A stretch of 64,000 bases of DNA from Nostoc desertorum CM1-VF14. Its GTDB lineage: Bacteria > Cyanobacteriota > Cyanobacteriia > Cyanobacteriales > Nostocaceae. This document shows positions 1-9,375 of the stretch, in pieces. The stretch lies in contig JAHHHR010000012.1 in NCBI GenBank assembly GCA_019359245.1, positions 58,243 through 122,242 of the forward strand, written 5' to 3'. The notes under the pieces were generated by a model. It had not been told where the DNA came from and ran no database searches. It worked only from the letters and a program-made list of their open reading frames with translations. Made by a program: the position numbers and the translations under genes. Position 1 is the first letter of the stretch; every line of letters starts with the position of its first letter.

Positions 1-424
1 TACCTGTTTGTTTAGCTTTTTGTACTATTGGTCTAATTCCACTTTTATCAGCAGCATTTAAAACAATGATGTCAGTATTGGCAGCAGTAAAATTTTCAAT
101 TTGATTGGCTTGTTGGTTGAGGTCATAGGCACTGGAAGCTATAATAACATTGACATCTTTTCCACCAATTTTCTTCGCTTCTGCCTCAACTGCTTGACCC
201 ATAACAACGAAGAAAGGGTTACTTAAATCGCCAACGGTGAAGGCAACCGATCGCAACTTTTTATCCCCAGTGGCGGTTTTACTTCCTGCACTAGTATTGA
301 TAGCAGTTGTAGTATCAGTGTTAGTAACAGTGTTGTCATCGGGAGAACTATTTGTACAGCCGATAAGGCTACCACTAATGATACTTAGTATGCTAGCTGC
401 GATTACAATTTTTCTCACATTCAT
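1..424 (-). CDS. Periplasmic sugar-binding lipoprotein of an ABC transporter (PBP type 1); N-terminal part only, the rest lies beyond the window start
   Basis: Hand translation of the minus strand from ATG (rc of 422-424) gives MNVRKIVIAASILSIISGSLIGCTNSSPDD...KKLRSVAFTVGDLSNPFFVVMGQAVEAEAKKIGG..., open to position 1. Lipobox LIGC. Clear paralog of the 596..1609 product (GDLxNPF, EAKKIGG, NQIENFTAANTD). It is absent from the ORF track because it has no stop in the window. Confidence 0.8.
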   Translation of the reverse strand, partial: MNVRKIVIAASILSIISGSLIGCTNSSPDDNTVTNTDTTTAINTSAGSKTATGDKKLRSVAFTVGDLSNPFFVVMGQAVEAEAKKIGGKDVNVIIASSAYDLNQQANQIENFTAANTDIIVLNAADKSGIRPIVQKAKQTG

Positions 425-540
425 ATATCTCCTAAAAGCCATTTTGATTTACACCGAATTCGGAACCGATGTATTTTTTAAACAGGGTCAAAGATTCTAA
501 CCCTCCCGTATCAAGCCTTTTTCTATGCGTTGTAATTACC

Positions 541-561
541 AATTACGAATTACAAATTACG
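541..561. repeat. Heptamer tandem repeat AATTACG/AATTACA x3 (STRR-like)
   Basis: Read directly: aattacg aattaca aattacg. The same unit recurs at 8510-8530. Confidence 0.6.
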
Positions 562-595
562 TAGCTTGCTTCTCGCCGGAGGCGAGTATTACAAA

Positions 596-1609
596 CTACC
601 AGCCTTTGTAGCTGCTAAGGTTTTCTCTGGTAACCAACTTGACTGGAATCAGAATGTTAGATGACTCAAGTTTTTTGCCCTGGATGATATCATTTCCCAA
701 CTGAACTGCTTTTTGGGCCATCCCGGCGGGATTTTGAGCAGCAGTTGCAGCAAACAGACCATCTTTGTCTTCCATTGCTTTGGTTGCATCTGGCGAACCG
801 TCAACCCCAACGATAAAAAATTCATTACGTCTTGCTTGTGTAGCGGCTAAATCTGCACCAACACCGCTTTGATCGTTAGTGGCAAAAACGGCATCAATTT
901 TCGGAAAGGTTGTGAGCAAATCGCTCATAACTCTGAGTCCGCCATCCCTAGTCCCTTCTGCATTTTGGTTTTTAGAGATGAGTTTGATATCAGGATATTT
1001 GGACAATGACTCTTCACAGCCACTCACTCGCTGATTTATTGAGTCCATCGGAGTCCCGTTGAGGATGACTACACTACCTTGAACTTTGAGGCGATCGGCA
1101 ATATATTGACAAGCAATCTCACCAGCCTGGGTATTGTTGGAGCTAATCATTGCATCCACATCTGCATCAACGGCTGAATCTACTGCAATCACAACCTTAC
1201 CTGCAAGCCTTGCTTGGTCAATTACCGGTTTAACTCCTTTTTTATCAACTGCACTGATGATAATTAAATCAGTATTTGCAGCAGTGAAATTTTCAATTTG
1301 ATTAGTCTGTTGATTCAGATCAAAAGCACTGGAAACCGCATTAACTCTAATATTACCCCCGATTTTCTTCGCTTCTGTCTCAGCCCCTTTTTGCACTGCA
1401 TTATAAAAAGGGTTGCCTAAGTCACCCAAAGCGACACCGATTGTTTGCAATTTTCTATTTGGAGCATTAGCCTGATTCTCTAAACTAGCGTTGGTAGCAG
1501 TGTTAGTACCAGTATTATTAGCAGTGTTGTCGTTTTGAGCGCCATTTGTGCAACCAACAACAGCGAAACCTAATATGCCAAGTATTAGCGAAAATCTATT
1601 CATATTCAT
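596..1609 (-). CDS. Sugar ABC transporter substrate-binding lipoprotein (RbsB/PBP1-like); candidate inositol or uronate binding protein
   Basis: 337-aa ORF with signal peptide plus lipobox (FAVVGCTNG) and an Asn/Thr-rich linker. The body is typical of ribose/inositol-type periplasmic binding proteins. It sits next to inositol/uronate catabolic genes. Confidence 0.85.
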   Translation of the reverse strand: MNMNRFSLILGILGFAVVGCTNGAQNDNTANNTGTNTATNASLENQANAPNRKLQTIGVALGDLGNPFYNAVQKGAETEAKKIGGNIRVNAVSSAFDLNQQTNQIENFTAANTDLIIISAVDKKGVKPVIDQARLAGKVVIAVDSAVDADVDAMISSNNTQAGEIACQYIADRLKVQGSVVILNGTPMDSINQRVSGCEESLSKYPDIKLISKNQNAEGTRDGGLRVMSDLLTTFPKIDAVFATNDQSGVGADLAATQARRNEFFIVGVDGSPDATKAMEDKDGLFAATAAQNPAGMAQKAVQLGNDIIQGKKLESSNILIPVKLVTRENLSSYKGW

Positions 1610-2695
1610 CTATTTTTAACAACGGATTTAAATTCAAAAAGGTCAAAAGAAGATAAGTTTGCCAAGTTATCGCAAGATGAGCTATGTCTAAAAATTTCAG
1701 ACAGAAGCTAGCACTACTAGTAGATTTAGCAATTTAAACTCCTTCCAAAAGTTTAATAATGTGACCTAACTTGAGCTAGTGCTATTAATTGCCCTAAATC
1801 GAATGGTTTGTTTTTTAAAGCAAAACTATGAGCGTTACACTACTTCAAAAAATCACTTTTTTTTTGTAAAAATACATTTGGAAGCGTGTGGGATAAAAAC
1901 AGATATTAACTAAAACGAAAATTAGTAGAGCCTAATGTTATGAGAATTGAAAATTTGTGTTTCCTTTTAGATTATTTCAGTTTAACCTGCATGATTGTAA
2001 ATATGATCCCCGTTTATTGAACTTTACAAAACCAAGAAAACTATTCCATTTCTATGTATTTTAATTTTTTCCCACTAGAGTATTTGCGAAAAATTAAGTA
2101 ATTTTCAGCTTAGTAGAGTTTAAAAAACTTAACACCTTTAACTCAAGTTGAGTTTGGGTAAGTTAATCTTCTCAAAGGAAAAATTTTGCTTTAAATCTAT
2201 CCTTTAGGGGTAGAAATACATAGCCCATTACCATACGCGAAAATCCTCGTGTTTTATTTTTGGAGTTTACTCAAATACACCTGCCAAGTGTGCTTATTAG
2301 CTATACTAATTGGTCAGAGCTAATCTTGTTATATCTCGATCAGAATAATTCTTTGGATATAGAGAGAAGAAATACCAAAAAAGTCATTATTACCCTATTG
2401 TCGCTGTTGTCAAGATGTGAAAGAACGGACGCGATAAGTAGTTCTTACCTGTTTAGTTTCTCTGGTAATTAAAGAAAATTTGAGCCAATAGCGATAAACT
2501 TTAGGACATCCGCATAGATATTTTATAAGTTTATAACTGGCAATGATTTTTTCTTGGAAAATATTTTACTGGTTTAGGCTTGCCGAAGAATTGTTATTCA
2601 TCATTAGCTAGAAATATTCGCAATCTCCACAAGTTCAATCAGTTAAAATTTGTAAGGAATGTTTGAAATTCTTTACCTTTATTACTAGGAAAAAT

Positions 2696-3592
2696 TTAGA
2701 ATCTCAAACTTCTGGGTAAATATTTAGCCGCTAAATCTTCATAGTAAGGCTTTAATTTTTGCCAGTCTGGAGGATTAGGGTTTTTTGAATACAAATCGTA
2801 GGGATTGAATAACTTCACCCATTTAAACATTTCTTTATCGTGTTTATCCATCAAATGTTCGTAAGCATTTTCACGATGTTGAGGATAAAATGAGTGATAG
2901 CGAAGGATATACAACGCAGATTCGGGCAAGTAGTTTTTCATCATGTAATATACATACTCATCATGCCCCCATGACATATGTACATTACTCAAACCACAAT
3001 TCGGCTCGTAAACACCATATACGGAGTTATATATAGGGTTACTATAATCAGGGTTTTGTTTGAAAAATTCTGAAAAAACAATCTTATCAGAAAATGCACA
3101 ACCTACAGGATAGGTATCGCCTACTGTAGCCCATTGGGGTTCACCAAATAAGCAAAGTACCTTCCCCATATCATGAAACAAGCCAGTAAGTACCATCCAG
3201 TCTGGGTAACCATCAGCGCGAATGGCTTCTGATGTTTGCAATAGGTGCTGTAATTGGTCTAAGTCTGTATCAGGATCTGAATCATCAACCAATTGATTCA
3301 AAAACTCTAATGCATCCCAGACAGACATTTCTTTCTTATCCAACTTCAGAAAGTCTTCTTTTTTATCTAACACAAAATCATATGTTTGATTGATATGATT
3401 TAACCGATAAAACTCTTTCACCGTCTCTCTAGTCGGCGTTTCGTAATTCCTGTACTCTTTGGTGGTTTTACCTTCTTTAATTATGCTGTCCGGATTGGGA
3501 TAGCGATTAAGTAAGTCTTCTTCCCATTCTTCTAGTGAATGTAAGGGATTGTTTTGAGTTTGTTCGATGGCATTATTTAGAGTTTGAGACAT
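2696..3592 (-). CDS. myo-Inositol oxygenase (MIOX, HD-domain di-iron oxygenase)
   Basis: 298-aa ORF with MIOX-like motifs FHDMGK, YPVGC, WGHDEYVYY, RYHSFYP and a C-terminal PYY..L..KYLP. Confidence 0.9.
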   Translation of the reverse strand: MSQTLNNAIEQTQNNPLHSLEEWEEDLLNRYPNPDSIIKEGKTTKEYRNYETPTRETVKEFYRLNHINQTYDFVLDKKEDFLKLDKKEMSVWDALEFLNQLVDDSDPDTDLDQLQHLLQTSEAIRADGYPDWMVLTGLFHDMGKVLCLFGEPQWATVGDTYPVGCAFSDKIVFSEFFKQNPDYSNPIYNSVYGVYEPNCGLSNVHMSWGHDEYVYYMMKNYLPESALYILRYHSFYPQHRENAYEHLMDKHDKEMFKWVKLFNPYDLYSKNPNPPDWQKLKPYYEDLAAKYLPRSLRF

Positions 3593-3647
3593 AGCTTGTT
3601 ACTTGTCGATATTGATTTGTTAAATAGTACTTTCGCACTCCACCTTA

Positions 3648-3661
3648 TGCACAGGTGTGCA
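3648..3661. promoter_or_regulatory. Candidate LacI-family operator (TGCACAGGTGTGCA, one mismatch from palindrome)
   Basis: 56 bp upstream of the MIOX start. It is related to the perfect palindromes at 3689-3706 and 5152-5165. Confidence 0.5.
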
Positions 3662-3688
3662 AAACCTGTATTGGACTTATTTTTTATT

Positions 3689-3706
3689 CTTGCACACGTG
3701 TGCAAG
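3689..3706. promoter_or_regulatory. Candidate LacI-family operator, perfect 18-bp palindrome CTTGCACACGTGTGCAAG
   Basis: Read directly. It lies 97 bp upstream of the MIOX start, with its centre about 43 bp from the 3648-3661 site. Confidence 0.6.
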
Positions 3707-4048
3707 AATGTGTGTTAAGTTTCTTTTCGTCGTATTTTGTTAAATTTGCTTGGAGCGAAAGAAATTAGCAATTAGGTAACACATTGACAAAAGACATCTC
3801 CAGAAATTGATTCTGCGTTACCTGAAACCCTTGTAAGACCTTGCATTGCAACGTCTATACAATCTTTTTCACTCCTATGTCGAAAATAAATAAAATCTGT
3901 TAGATGCTTTCTCGGCAACAACTAAATTATACCGCATTTATACTTAAACGGGCATAACTATACTAAAATATAAGCTCATCTTTTATTTTAAAGACGTAGG
4001 CAAAATAATATATATTAATCTTTTTTACCAACCTTATGCAGAGGGGTA

Positions 4049-4372
4049 TCAATTTGTCAATTGTATAGCAAGAGAATACTTAACAAGATTAGCCAACTCT
4101 TGTAATTGGCTTATCGCTTCTGCACCCTCCAACTTCATTAATTCGCGATCGTCCCATAATTCCATCCAGGTTATCCCGTAATCAGACACTAAAAACCGAA
4201 TCAGGTGTTTTTCTCCTAGGCTAACCATAAATGAAGCACTCTGCATTTGGTCACCGCATATATAACAAGACGCAGTATAGCCACGCCGCTCAAGTATAAT
4301 TGTCAAGGCTTGCAGGTTCATTACCAAGTCTTGGGCGAATTCCTGATGCTGTTGCGCTAATCTTAAAAACAC
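4049..4372 (-). CDS. Hypothetical small protein (about 90-107 aa); start uncertain (GTG at 4372 or internal ATG)
   Basis: ORF lying between gluconokinase and MIOX on the same strand. No family recognised. Confidence 0.45.
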   Translation of the reverse strand: MFLRLAQQHQEFAQDLVMNLQALTIILERRGYTASCYICGDQMQSASFMVSLGEKHLIRFLVSDYGITWMELWDDRELMKLEGAEAISQLQELANLVKYSLAIQLTN

Positions 4373-4509
4373 TTTTCTCTCCTACCACTCCACTTATGTG
4401 GTTAATTTTGAAATTTCTTTAGATTTACGTTCGACGTAATTTAATTACCAAAAGTTCCTGTTTTTGTAAAGACGTTATTAATCTTAATCTTGCGCTTGTA
4501 ACCAATAAG

Positions 4510-5010
4510 CTAAATTTCTAAAGCCGTTCTAATGTTTTGGACAATTATCTGGGGTGGTTGTGCAACATCCATAGATAAGATGTTTAATGGCTCTTCAAGA
4601 GTATTAAACTGACTGTTGAGGAGTTTTTCACTCATGTAATGATTGCTACGCTCTTGTAGCCGCTTTTGAATCAGCTCATAAGACCCTTTGAGGTAAACTA
4701 GCTTGATGCGTTCGCTATCCAATACCAGAAATTGCCGATAACTATCTTTTAAAGCCGAACACGCCAGCACCACATTTTTATTTTCTTGCAGCCAATGTTT
4801 TATAGCTGTTTGTAAATCTTGCAACCAAGGCATCCTGTCAGCTTCGCTTAGAGGGATACCGCACCGCATTTTCTCAACATTCTCTGGCGAGTGGAAAGCA
4901 TCAGCATCGCTAAACTCCCATTGTAACAAGTCTGCTAAGAGTTTTCCTATTGTGGTTTTGCCAGAGCCAGATACACCCATTACGATAATAATCATTGACT
5001 GCTTAATCAT
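4510..5010 (-). CDS. gntK: Gluconokinase (GntK/IdnK family)
   Basis: 166 aa with P-loop GVSGSGKTT. DADAFHSPENVEKMRCGIPLSEADRMPWL matches the GntK DxDxxHxxxNxxKMxxGxPLxDxDRxPWL pattern. Confidence 0.9.
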   Translation of the reverse strand: MIKQSMIIIVMGVSGSGKTTIGKLLADLLQWEFSDADAFHSPENVEKMRCGIPLSEADRMPWLQDLQTAIKHWLQENKNVVLACSALKDSYRQFLVLDSERIKLVYLKGSYELIQKRLQERSNHYMSEKLLNSQFNTLEEPLNILSMDVAQPPQIIVQNIRTALEI

Positions 5011-5151
5011 ATTTTACTTAAGAAAAGTTAAGTTATTAAAATCGAGGTAGAAGTCAGGACTACTGATAACAATTTACTCAAGCTACTTGTCTACCTAGTT
5101 AATTTTGTACAGTTTGACAAATAACGATTATTTTCTATAATAAAATATATA

Positions 5152-5165
5152 TGCACACGTGTGCA
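5152..5165. promoter_or_regulatory. Candidate LacI-family operator, perfect 14-bp palindrome TGCACACGTGTGCA
   Basis: Located in the gntK / lacI-like divergent region, 142 bp upstream of the gntK start. A MITE-like insertion separates it from the lacI-like start. Confidence 0.6.
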
Positions 5166-5177
5166 ATAGTTAAAACT

Positions 5178-5423
5178 TTAAGAGGATGTTTGAAAAGTCC
5201 TCTTGCCGATATCAAAAGTTCTAAATCCTCTAAATCCACGGTACTTGCTCCACTTTGGTAAACCCCTTCTCTACGGAAGGCGCTAGCCTCTCCCTTTGGG
5301 TGAAGACCACATTGGCTTCCCTAAAAAAGGTGGACTTTAATTCCGGTTCCCCGCTTTTTAAGGGGGTTAAGGAGGATCTAAAAGTGCCTAAAGTCACAGC
5401 GAAAAACTTTTCAAACAACCTCT
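5178..5423. mobile_element. MITE-like non-autonomous repeat with hairpin-forming ends (AAGAGGATGTTTGAAAAG ... CTTTTCAAACAACCTCT)
   Basis: It aligns by eye end-to-end with the reverse complement of 11518-11684, apart from an extra internal segment of about 85 bp. The terminal inverted repeats have one mismatch. The track ORF 5230..5418 lies wholly inside it. Confidence 0.65.
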
Positions 5424-5433
5424 AAGATAAAAA

Positions 5434-6468
5434 ATGAATAAACGAAGAATTTCTATTGAAGATATTGCTCGGAGAGCAGGCGTTTCTCATTCTACTGTTT
5501 CACGTGCTTTGCGAGATAACGCTCTTATTAGCCCTAAAGTGCGAGAAGAAATTAAGCAACTGGCGCAAGAAATGAACTATGTGCCGAATGCGATCGCTCA
5601 AAGCTTGCAAAATAAACGTACTAATACTATTGGAGTAGTAGTAACTTCAATAGCAGATCCCTTTTTTGCTGAGGTAGTAGATGGAATTGAACAGATAGCT
5701 AGACCCGCAGGCTTGAGTGTTTTGTTAAGTGCTTCACACCGAGATTTTGAGCAGGAAATAGCAGCTATAAATACTTTTCATCGCCGGAGAGTGGATGGAA
5801 TCTTAGTAGCCGACTCACGAATTAGTAAACAGCACACCAAGCAACTGACACAAATTGCAGTGCCAACAGTTCTAATTAACAGCCAGACCGAAGAGCAATC
5901 AGAGATATTTCACTCAGTGGCAATAGACGATCGCTTAGGTGCTAGATTAGCCACAGAGCATTTAATAAGTCTGGGACATACCGCTATTGGTTATCTAGGT
6001 GTAGGCGATCGCAGCAGGTCTAATCAGCAGCGCCTAGAAGGATATCGAATGGCTCTTGCTGAAGCTGGTTTACCACAAAATCCTGATTGGGTTGCAATTA
6101 GTGATCAAGAGAATACCAGAACCAGCGATGTTATGACTGGACAACAGATGCTATCTAAACTATTGGCTGCTGAGGTAACAGGCATCTTTTGTTACAACGA
6201 TATGGTGGCGATTGGCGCTTTATTAGCCTGCCAAGAACTAGGTATTTTAGTACCACGAAGTTTAAGCCTGGTTGGATTTGATGGTATTGCTTTGGGCTGT
6301 TACGTTACACCTGCACTTACGACAGTCAGCCAGCCAATGTTAGAAATTGGTGGCTATGCCATGCAAATGTTACTCGATTTATTAGAAGAAAAAACTGTAG
6401 AAAACCGCGTTTTATCTCCTTCTCTATTACAACGTGGCAGTAGTGCAGCATTAAGAAAGTCATCTTAA
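5434..6468 (+). CDS. LacI-family transcriptional regulator
   Basis: 344 aa with an N-terminal HTH (IEDIARRAGVSHSTVSRALRD) and a periplasmic-binding-protein-like effector domain. Confidence 0.9.
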   Translation: MNKRRISIEDIARRAGVSHSTVSRALRDNALISPKVREEIKQLAQEMNYVPNAIAQSLQNKRTNTIGVVVTSIADPFFAEVVDGIEQIARPAGLSVLLSASHRDFEQEIAAINTFHRRRVDGILVADSRISKQHTKQLTQIAVPTVLINSQTEEQSEIFHSVAIDDRLGARLATEHLISLGHTAIGYLGVGDRSRSNQQRLEGYRMALAEAGLPQNPDWVAISDQENTRTSDVMTGQQMLSKLLAAEVTGIFCYNDMVAIGALLACQELGILVPRSLSLVGFDGIALGCYVTPALTTVSQPMLEIGGYAMQMLLDLLEEKTVENRVLSPSLLQRGSSAALRKSS

Positions 6469-6881
6469 ACCATATCTACCGTCATTGAAGAAGGCAGGAG
6501 GCAGAGGGCAGAAGGCAGAAGGTTGAATTTAGAAGGGGATTCAACACCGTACTTAATTGGGACCACCAAATTTTCAATTTGGTGGGGGTCTTAAACCCTT
6601 ACTCCCTCCGGTCATAGCAGAGGAAAGGAAGACGCTCGAATACTCGCTCTAAGCGAAGCACCCGAAGGGTATACGCTGCGCTATCAGAATTCCCTTGTGC
6701 CTCCTGCCCTCTGCCTTTCTTGATAACTTCACCCTAAACTTTAATCCGTTGGCTCATTGGTTTTGAGGCTGGGGCTTGGGTAGTTAAACTGAATTGAAAA
6801 AATTGGAAATTTTTACTCTCTGCATGAGGCAAATTCATCTTTTCACTCAGCAATACTAAAAATTTTAAGCAAACAAAAATT

Positions 6882-8300
6882 ATGTTAACCAAAAAACCAA
6901 GTTTATCTCCCGATCGCTGCTTTTCTCCAGAACCAGTTCAAAGACGGCTAGCTCATCAATTTTTTGATAGCATATCTGCGCTACCCCTGGTTTGTCCACA
7001 CGGACACGTAGATCCAGCCTTGTTAGCTAATCTCGCAGCCCGTTTTGGTTCACCGACTGAATTATTTATTATCCCTGATCATTACCTTTTGCGAATGCTT
7101 TATAGTCGGGGCGTGCCTCTGCAAGCTTTGGGCATACCTACTAGTGATGCACCAACAGAAACAGACCATCGCAAAATCTGGCAATTGTTCGCCGAACATT
7201 TTTATCTATTTCGAGGTACTCCGTCTGGGTTGTGGCTCAAAGACGAACTAACTAATGTCTTTGGCGTAGATGAACCTTTAAACTCTCGCAATGCCGGACA
7301 TATCTATGATTACCTGGAACGTCTCTTAGCTTTGCCTGAGTTCTCCCCCCGTGCTTTATTTAAACGCTTTAACATCGAAGTGCTTTGTACTACCGATGCA
7401 GCTAGTGATAGCCTAGAGAATCAGCGATCGCTCCACGAAGAAGGTTTTACTCAAATCAGACCGACTTTTCGACCAGATGCAGTAGTTAACCTAGATGCTC
7501 CTAGTTGGCGCGAAAATATTACTAAATTGGAAAGCGCTGTAGGTAGAGAAATTAGCACCTACGCCACTTTTGTACAAGCTTTAGAAGAACGTCGGGCTTT
7601 CTTCAAAAAAATGGGCGCAACCGCTACCGATCAAAGTGCAGCTACACCTTATACCACACGCCTTTCTGACTACGAAGCAGAAGCTATCTTTTCTAGAGCA
7701 TTAATCGGCAAGCTGAATCCAGGAGATGTAGAGCATTTTACCGGTCATATGTTCATGGAAATGGCTCGGATGAGTGTAGAAGATGGCTTGGTGATGCAAA
7801 TGCATTGTGGTGTTATGCGTAACCACAACCCGGCTTTCTTTGAGAGATTCGGATCTGATAAAGGTGCTGATATTCCGTTGAAAATAGAATGGACTCAAAA
7901 TCTGCATCCGTTGTTGTCAGCTTACGGTAATGACAAACGCTTTAGTTTAATTCTTTTTGGCATGGATGAAAGCACTTACAGCCGAGAATTGGCTCCGCTA
8001 GCTGGTCATTATCCCACTGTATTGCTCGGGCCGCCTTGGTGGTTTCATGACAGTGTAAATGGCATGGAACGCTACTTCAATCAGGTAATGGAAACTGCTG
8101 GACTTTATAATACTGCCGGGTTTAATGATGATACCCGCGCTTTCGTTTCTATCCCGGCTCGTCATACAGTCTGGCGGCGAGTAGCTTGTAATTGGTTAGC
8201 TGGATTGGTAACGCGAGGATTAGTTGAGGAAGAGGAAGGGTATGATATGGCCCGCGCTTTAGCTTACGACCTCGCGAAGAGTGCTTACAAACTGGACTAA
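6882..8300 (+). CDS. uxaC: Glucuronate (uronate) isomerase
   Basis: 472 aa with typical UxaC length and N-terminus (PLVCPHGHVDP) and a C-terminal PWWF..S motif. Confidence 0.9.
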   Translation: MLTKKPSLSPDRCFSPEPVQRRLAHQFFDSISALPLVCPHGHVDPALLANLAARFGSPTELFIIPDHYLLRMLYSRGVPLQALGIPTSDAPTETDHRKIWQLFAEHFYLFRGTPSGLWLKDELTNVFGVDEPLNSRNAGHIYDYLERLLALPEFSPRALFKRFNIEVLCTTDAASDSLENQRSLHEEGFTQIRPTFRPDAVVNLDAPSWRENITKLESAVGREISTYATFVQALEERRAFFKKMGATATDQSAATPYTTRLSDYEAEAIFSRALIGKLNPGDVEHFTGHMFMEMARMSVEDGLVMQMHCGVMRNHNPAFFERFGSDKGADIPLKIEWTQNLHPLLSAYGNDKRFSLILFGMDESTYSRELAPLAGHYPTVLLGPPWWFHDSVNGMERYFNQVMETAGLYNTAGFNDDTRAFVSIPARHTVWRRVACNWLAGLVTRGLVEEEEGYDMARALAYDLAKSAYKLD

Positions 8301-8331
8301 TACCAATTTTCCCAAATCAGGCTATTAGAAT

Positions 8332-8489
8332 TAGCCCTTTCAAGGTGATTCAGAAAATCTCTTTTTTTCTCTTTGTGTTTTCTGTGCCTCTGCGGTTTAA
8401 AAGTAATTTATTTAACCACAGGGGACACAGAGTAAATAGCTCAAACAGGAATTTATTAATCAAACTTTTTACCCACCTTGAAAGGGCTA
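8332..8489. repeat. Small element bounded by perfect 16-bp inverted repeats (TAGCCCTTTCAAGGTG / CACCTTGAAAGGGCTA)
   Basis: Read directly. It sits in the uxaC-SDR intergenic region, with the AATTACG heptamer repeat immediately downstream (8510-8530). Confidence 0.55.
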
Positions 8490-8536
8490 GTCCTAATATT
8501 GATTTTTTTAATTACGAATTACGAATTGAAAATAAG

Positions 8537-9373
8537 ATGTCAGACTTAATTTTGAATAAACTTTTTAGCCTAAAAGAGCAGGTAGCAGTCGTCACAGGCG
8601 GCTCTGGTGTGCTTGGTGGGGCTATGGCACGGGGTTTAGCCCTTGCTGGAGCGCGAGTTGTGGTTTTGGGTCGCAATGAAGCAAGGGCGGGTGCAGTAGT
8701 AGCTGATATTACTGCTAACGGTGGAGAAAGCATAGCTGTGCTGGCAGATGTTAGCGATCGCTCCCAATTAGAAATAGCCAGGGATGTAATTATACAGCGT
8801 TGGGGTCAAATAGATATTTTGGTAAACATGGCCGGCGGTAATATTCCGGCTGCCACAATTACCCCTGATGCGACTATTTTTGATATGCCACACACGGCTT
8901 TTGAGGAAGTAGTTAGCTTAAACTTACTCGGTACTCTACTACCCAGCCAAGTTTTTGGTCAAGCAATGATAGAAAAAAATCAGCCCTATGGTTGTATTGT
9001 CAATATTTCTTCTATGTCTGCAATTCGGGTGATCAGCCGTGTGGTTGGCTATTCAGCTGCTAAAGCCGGGATAGATAACTTTACTCGCTGGTTAGCCGTC
9101 GAACTCGCCCAAAAGTATGGAGATGGAATGCGAGTAAATGCGATCGCGCCAGGTTTCTTTATTGGGGAACAAAATCGAGATTTACTCCTAAATACAGATG
9201 GCAGTTTGACCGTTCGCGGGCAAAAAATTATCGAGCATACCCCCGCCGGACGTTTTGGAAAACCGGATGAATTACTCAGCACTTTAATCTGGTTATGCAG
9301 TTCTGGTTCTAGTTTCGTCAACGGAGTAGTTGTACCTGTAGACGGTGGGTTTAGTATTTACAGTGGAGTTTAA
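8537..9373 (+). CDS. Short-chain dehydrogenase/reductase; candidate fructuronate (D-mannonate) oxidoreductase of the SDR type
   Basis: I trimmed the track ORF 8345..9373 to the ATG at 8537 (MSDLILNKLF..), because the upstream 64 codons translate repeat DNA. Motifs: TGGSGVLG, SS....YSAAK, PG.F. The 278-aa length matches SDR-type UxuB/YjmF (from memory). The function is inferred from context. Confidence 0.8.
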   Translation: MSDLILNKLFSLKEQVAVVTGGSGVLGGAMARGLALAGARVVVLGRNEARAGAVVADITANGGESIAVLADVSDRSQLEIARDVIIQRWGQIDILVNMAGGNIPAATITPDATIFDMPHTAFEEVVSLNLLGTLLPSQVFGQAMIEKNQPYGCIVNISSMSAIRVISRVVGYSAAKAGIDNFTRWLAVELAQKYGDGMRVNAIAPGFFIGEQNRDLLLNTDGSLTVRGQKIIEHTPAGRFGKPDELLSTLIWLCSSGSSFVNGVVVPVDGGFSIYSGV

Positions 9374-9375
9374 TC

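Noticed and set aside
237-500. Track ORF (87 aa, plus strand)
   Set aside because: It is a shadow ORF antisense to the clearly homologous binding-protein CDS on the minus strand (1..424). The hydrophobic low-complexity translation is a by-product.
2260-2472. Track ORF (70 aa) in the AT-rich gap
   Set aside because: It has no ribosome-binding site and no family-like features, and it lies in a visibly AT-rich region. It is probably a chance ORF.
5230-5418. Track ORF (62 aa, minus strand)
   Set aside because: It lies entirely within the MITE-like repeat 5178-5423, so it is a translation of repeat DNA.
8345-8536. N-terminal 64 codons of the track ORF 8345..9373
   Set aside because: These codons start at GTG inside an inverted-repeat element and run through the heptamer repeat. 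The SDR domain begins right after the internal ATG at 8537.
7045-9321. Short alternative-frame or antisense ORFs inside uxaC and the SDR gene (7045..7251, 7701..7907, 8512..8733, 9049..9321)
   Set aside because: They are embedded in well-supported genes and give biased, low-complexity translations.
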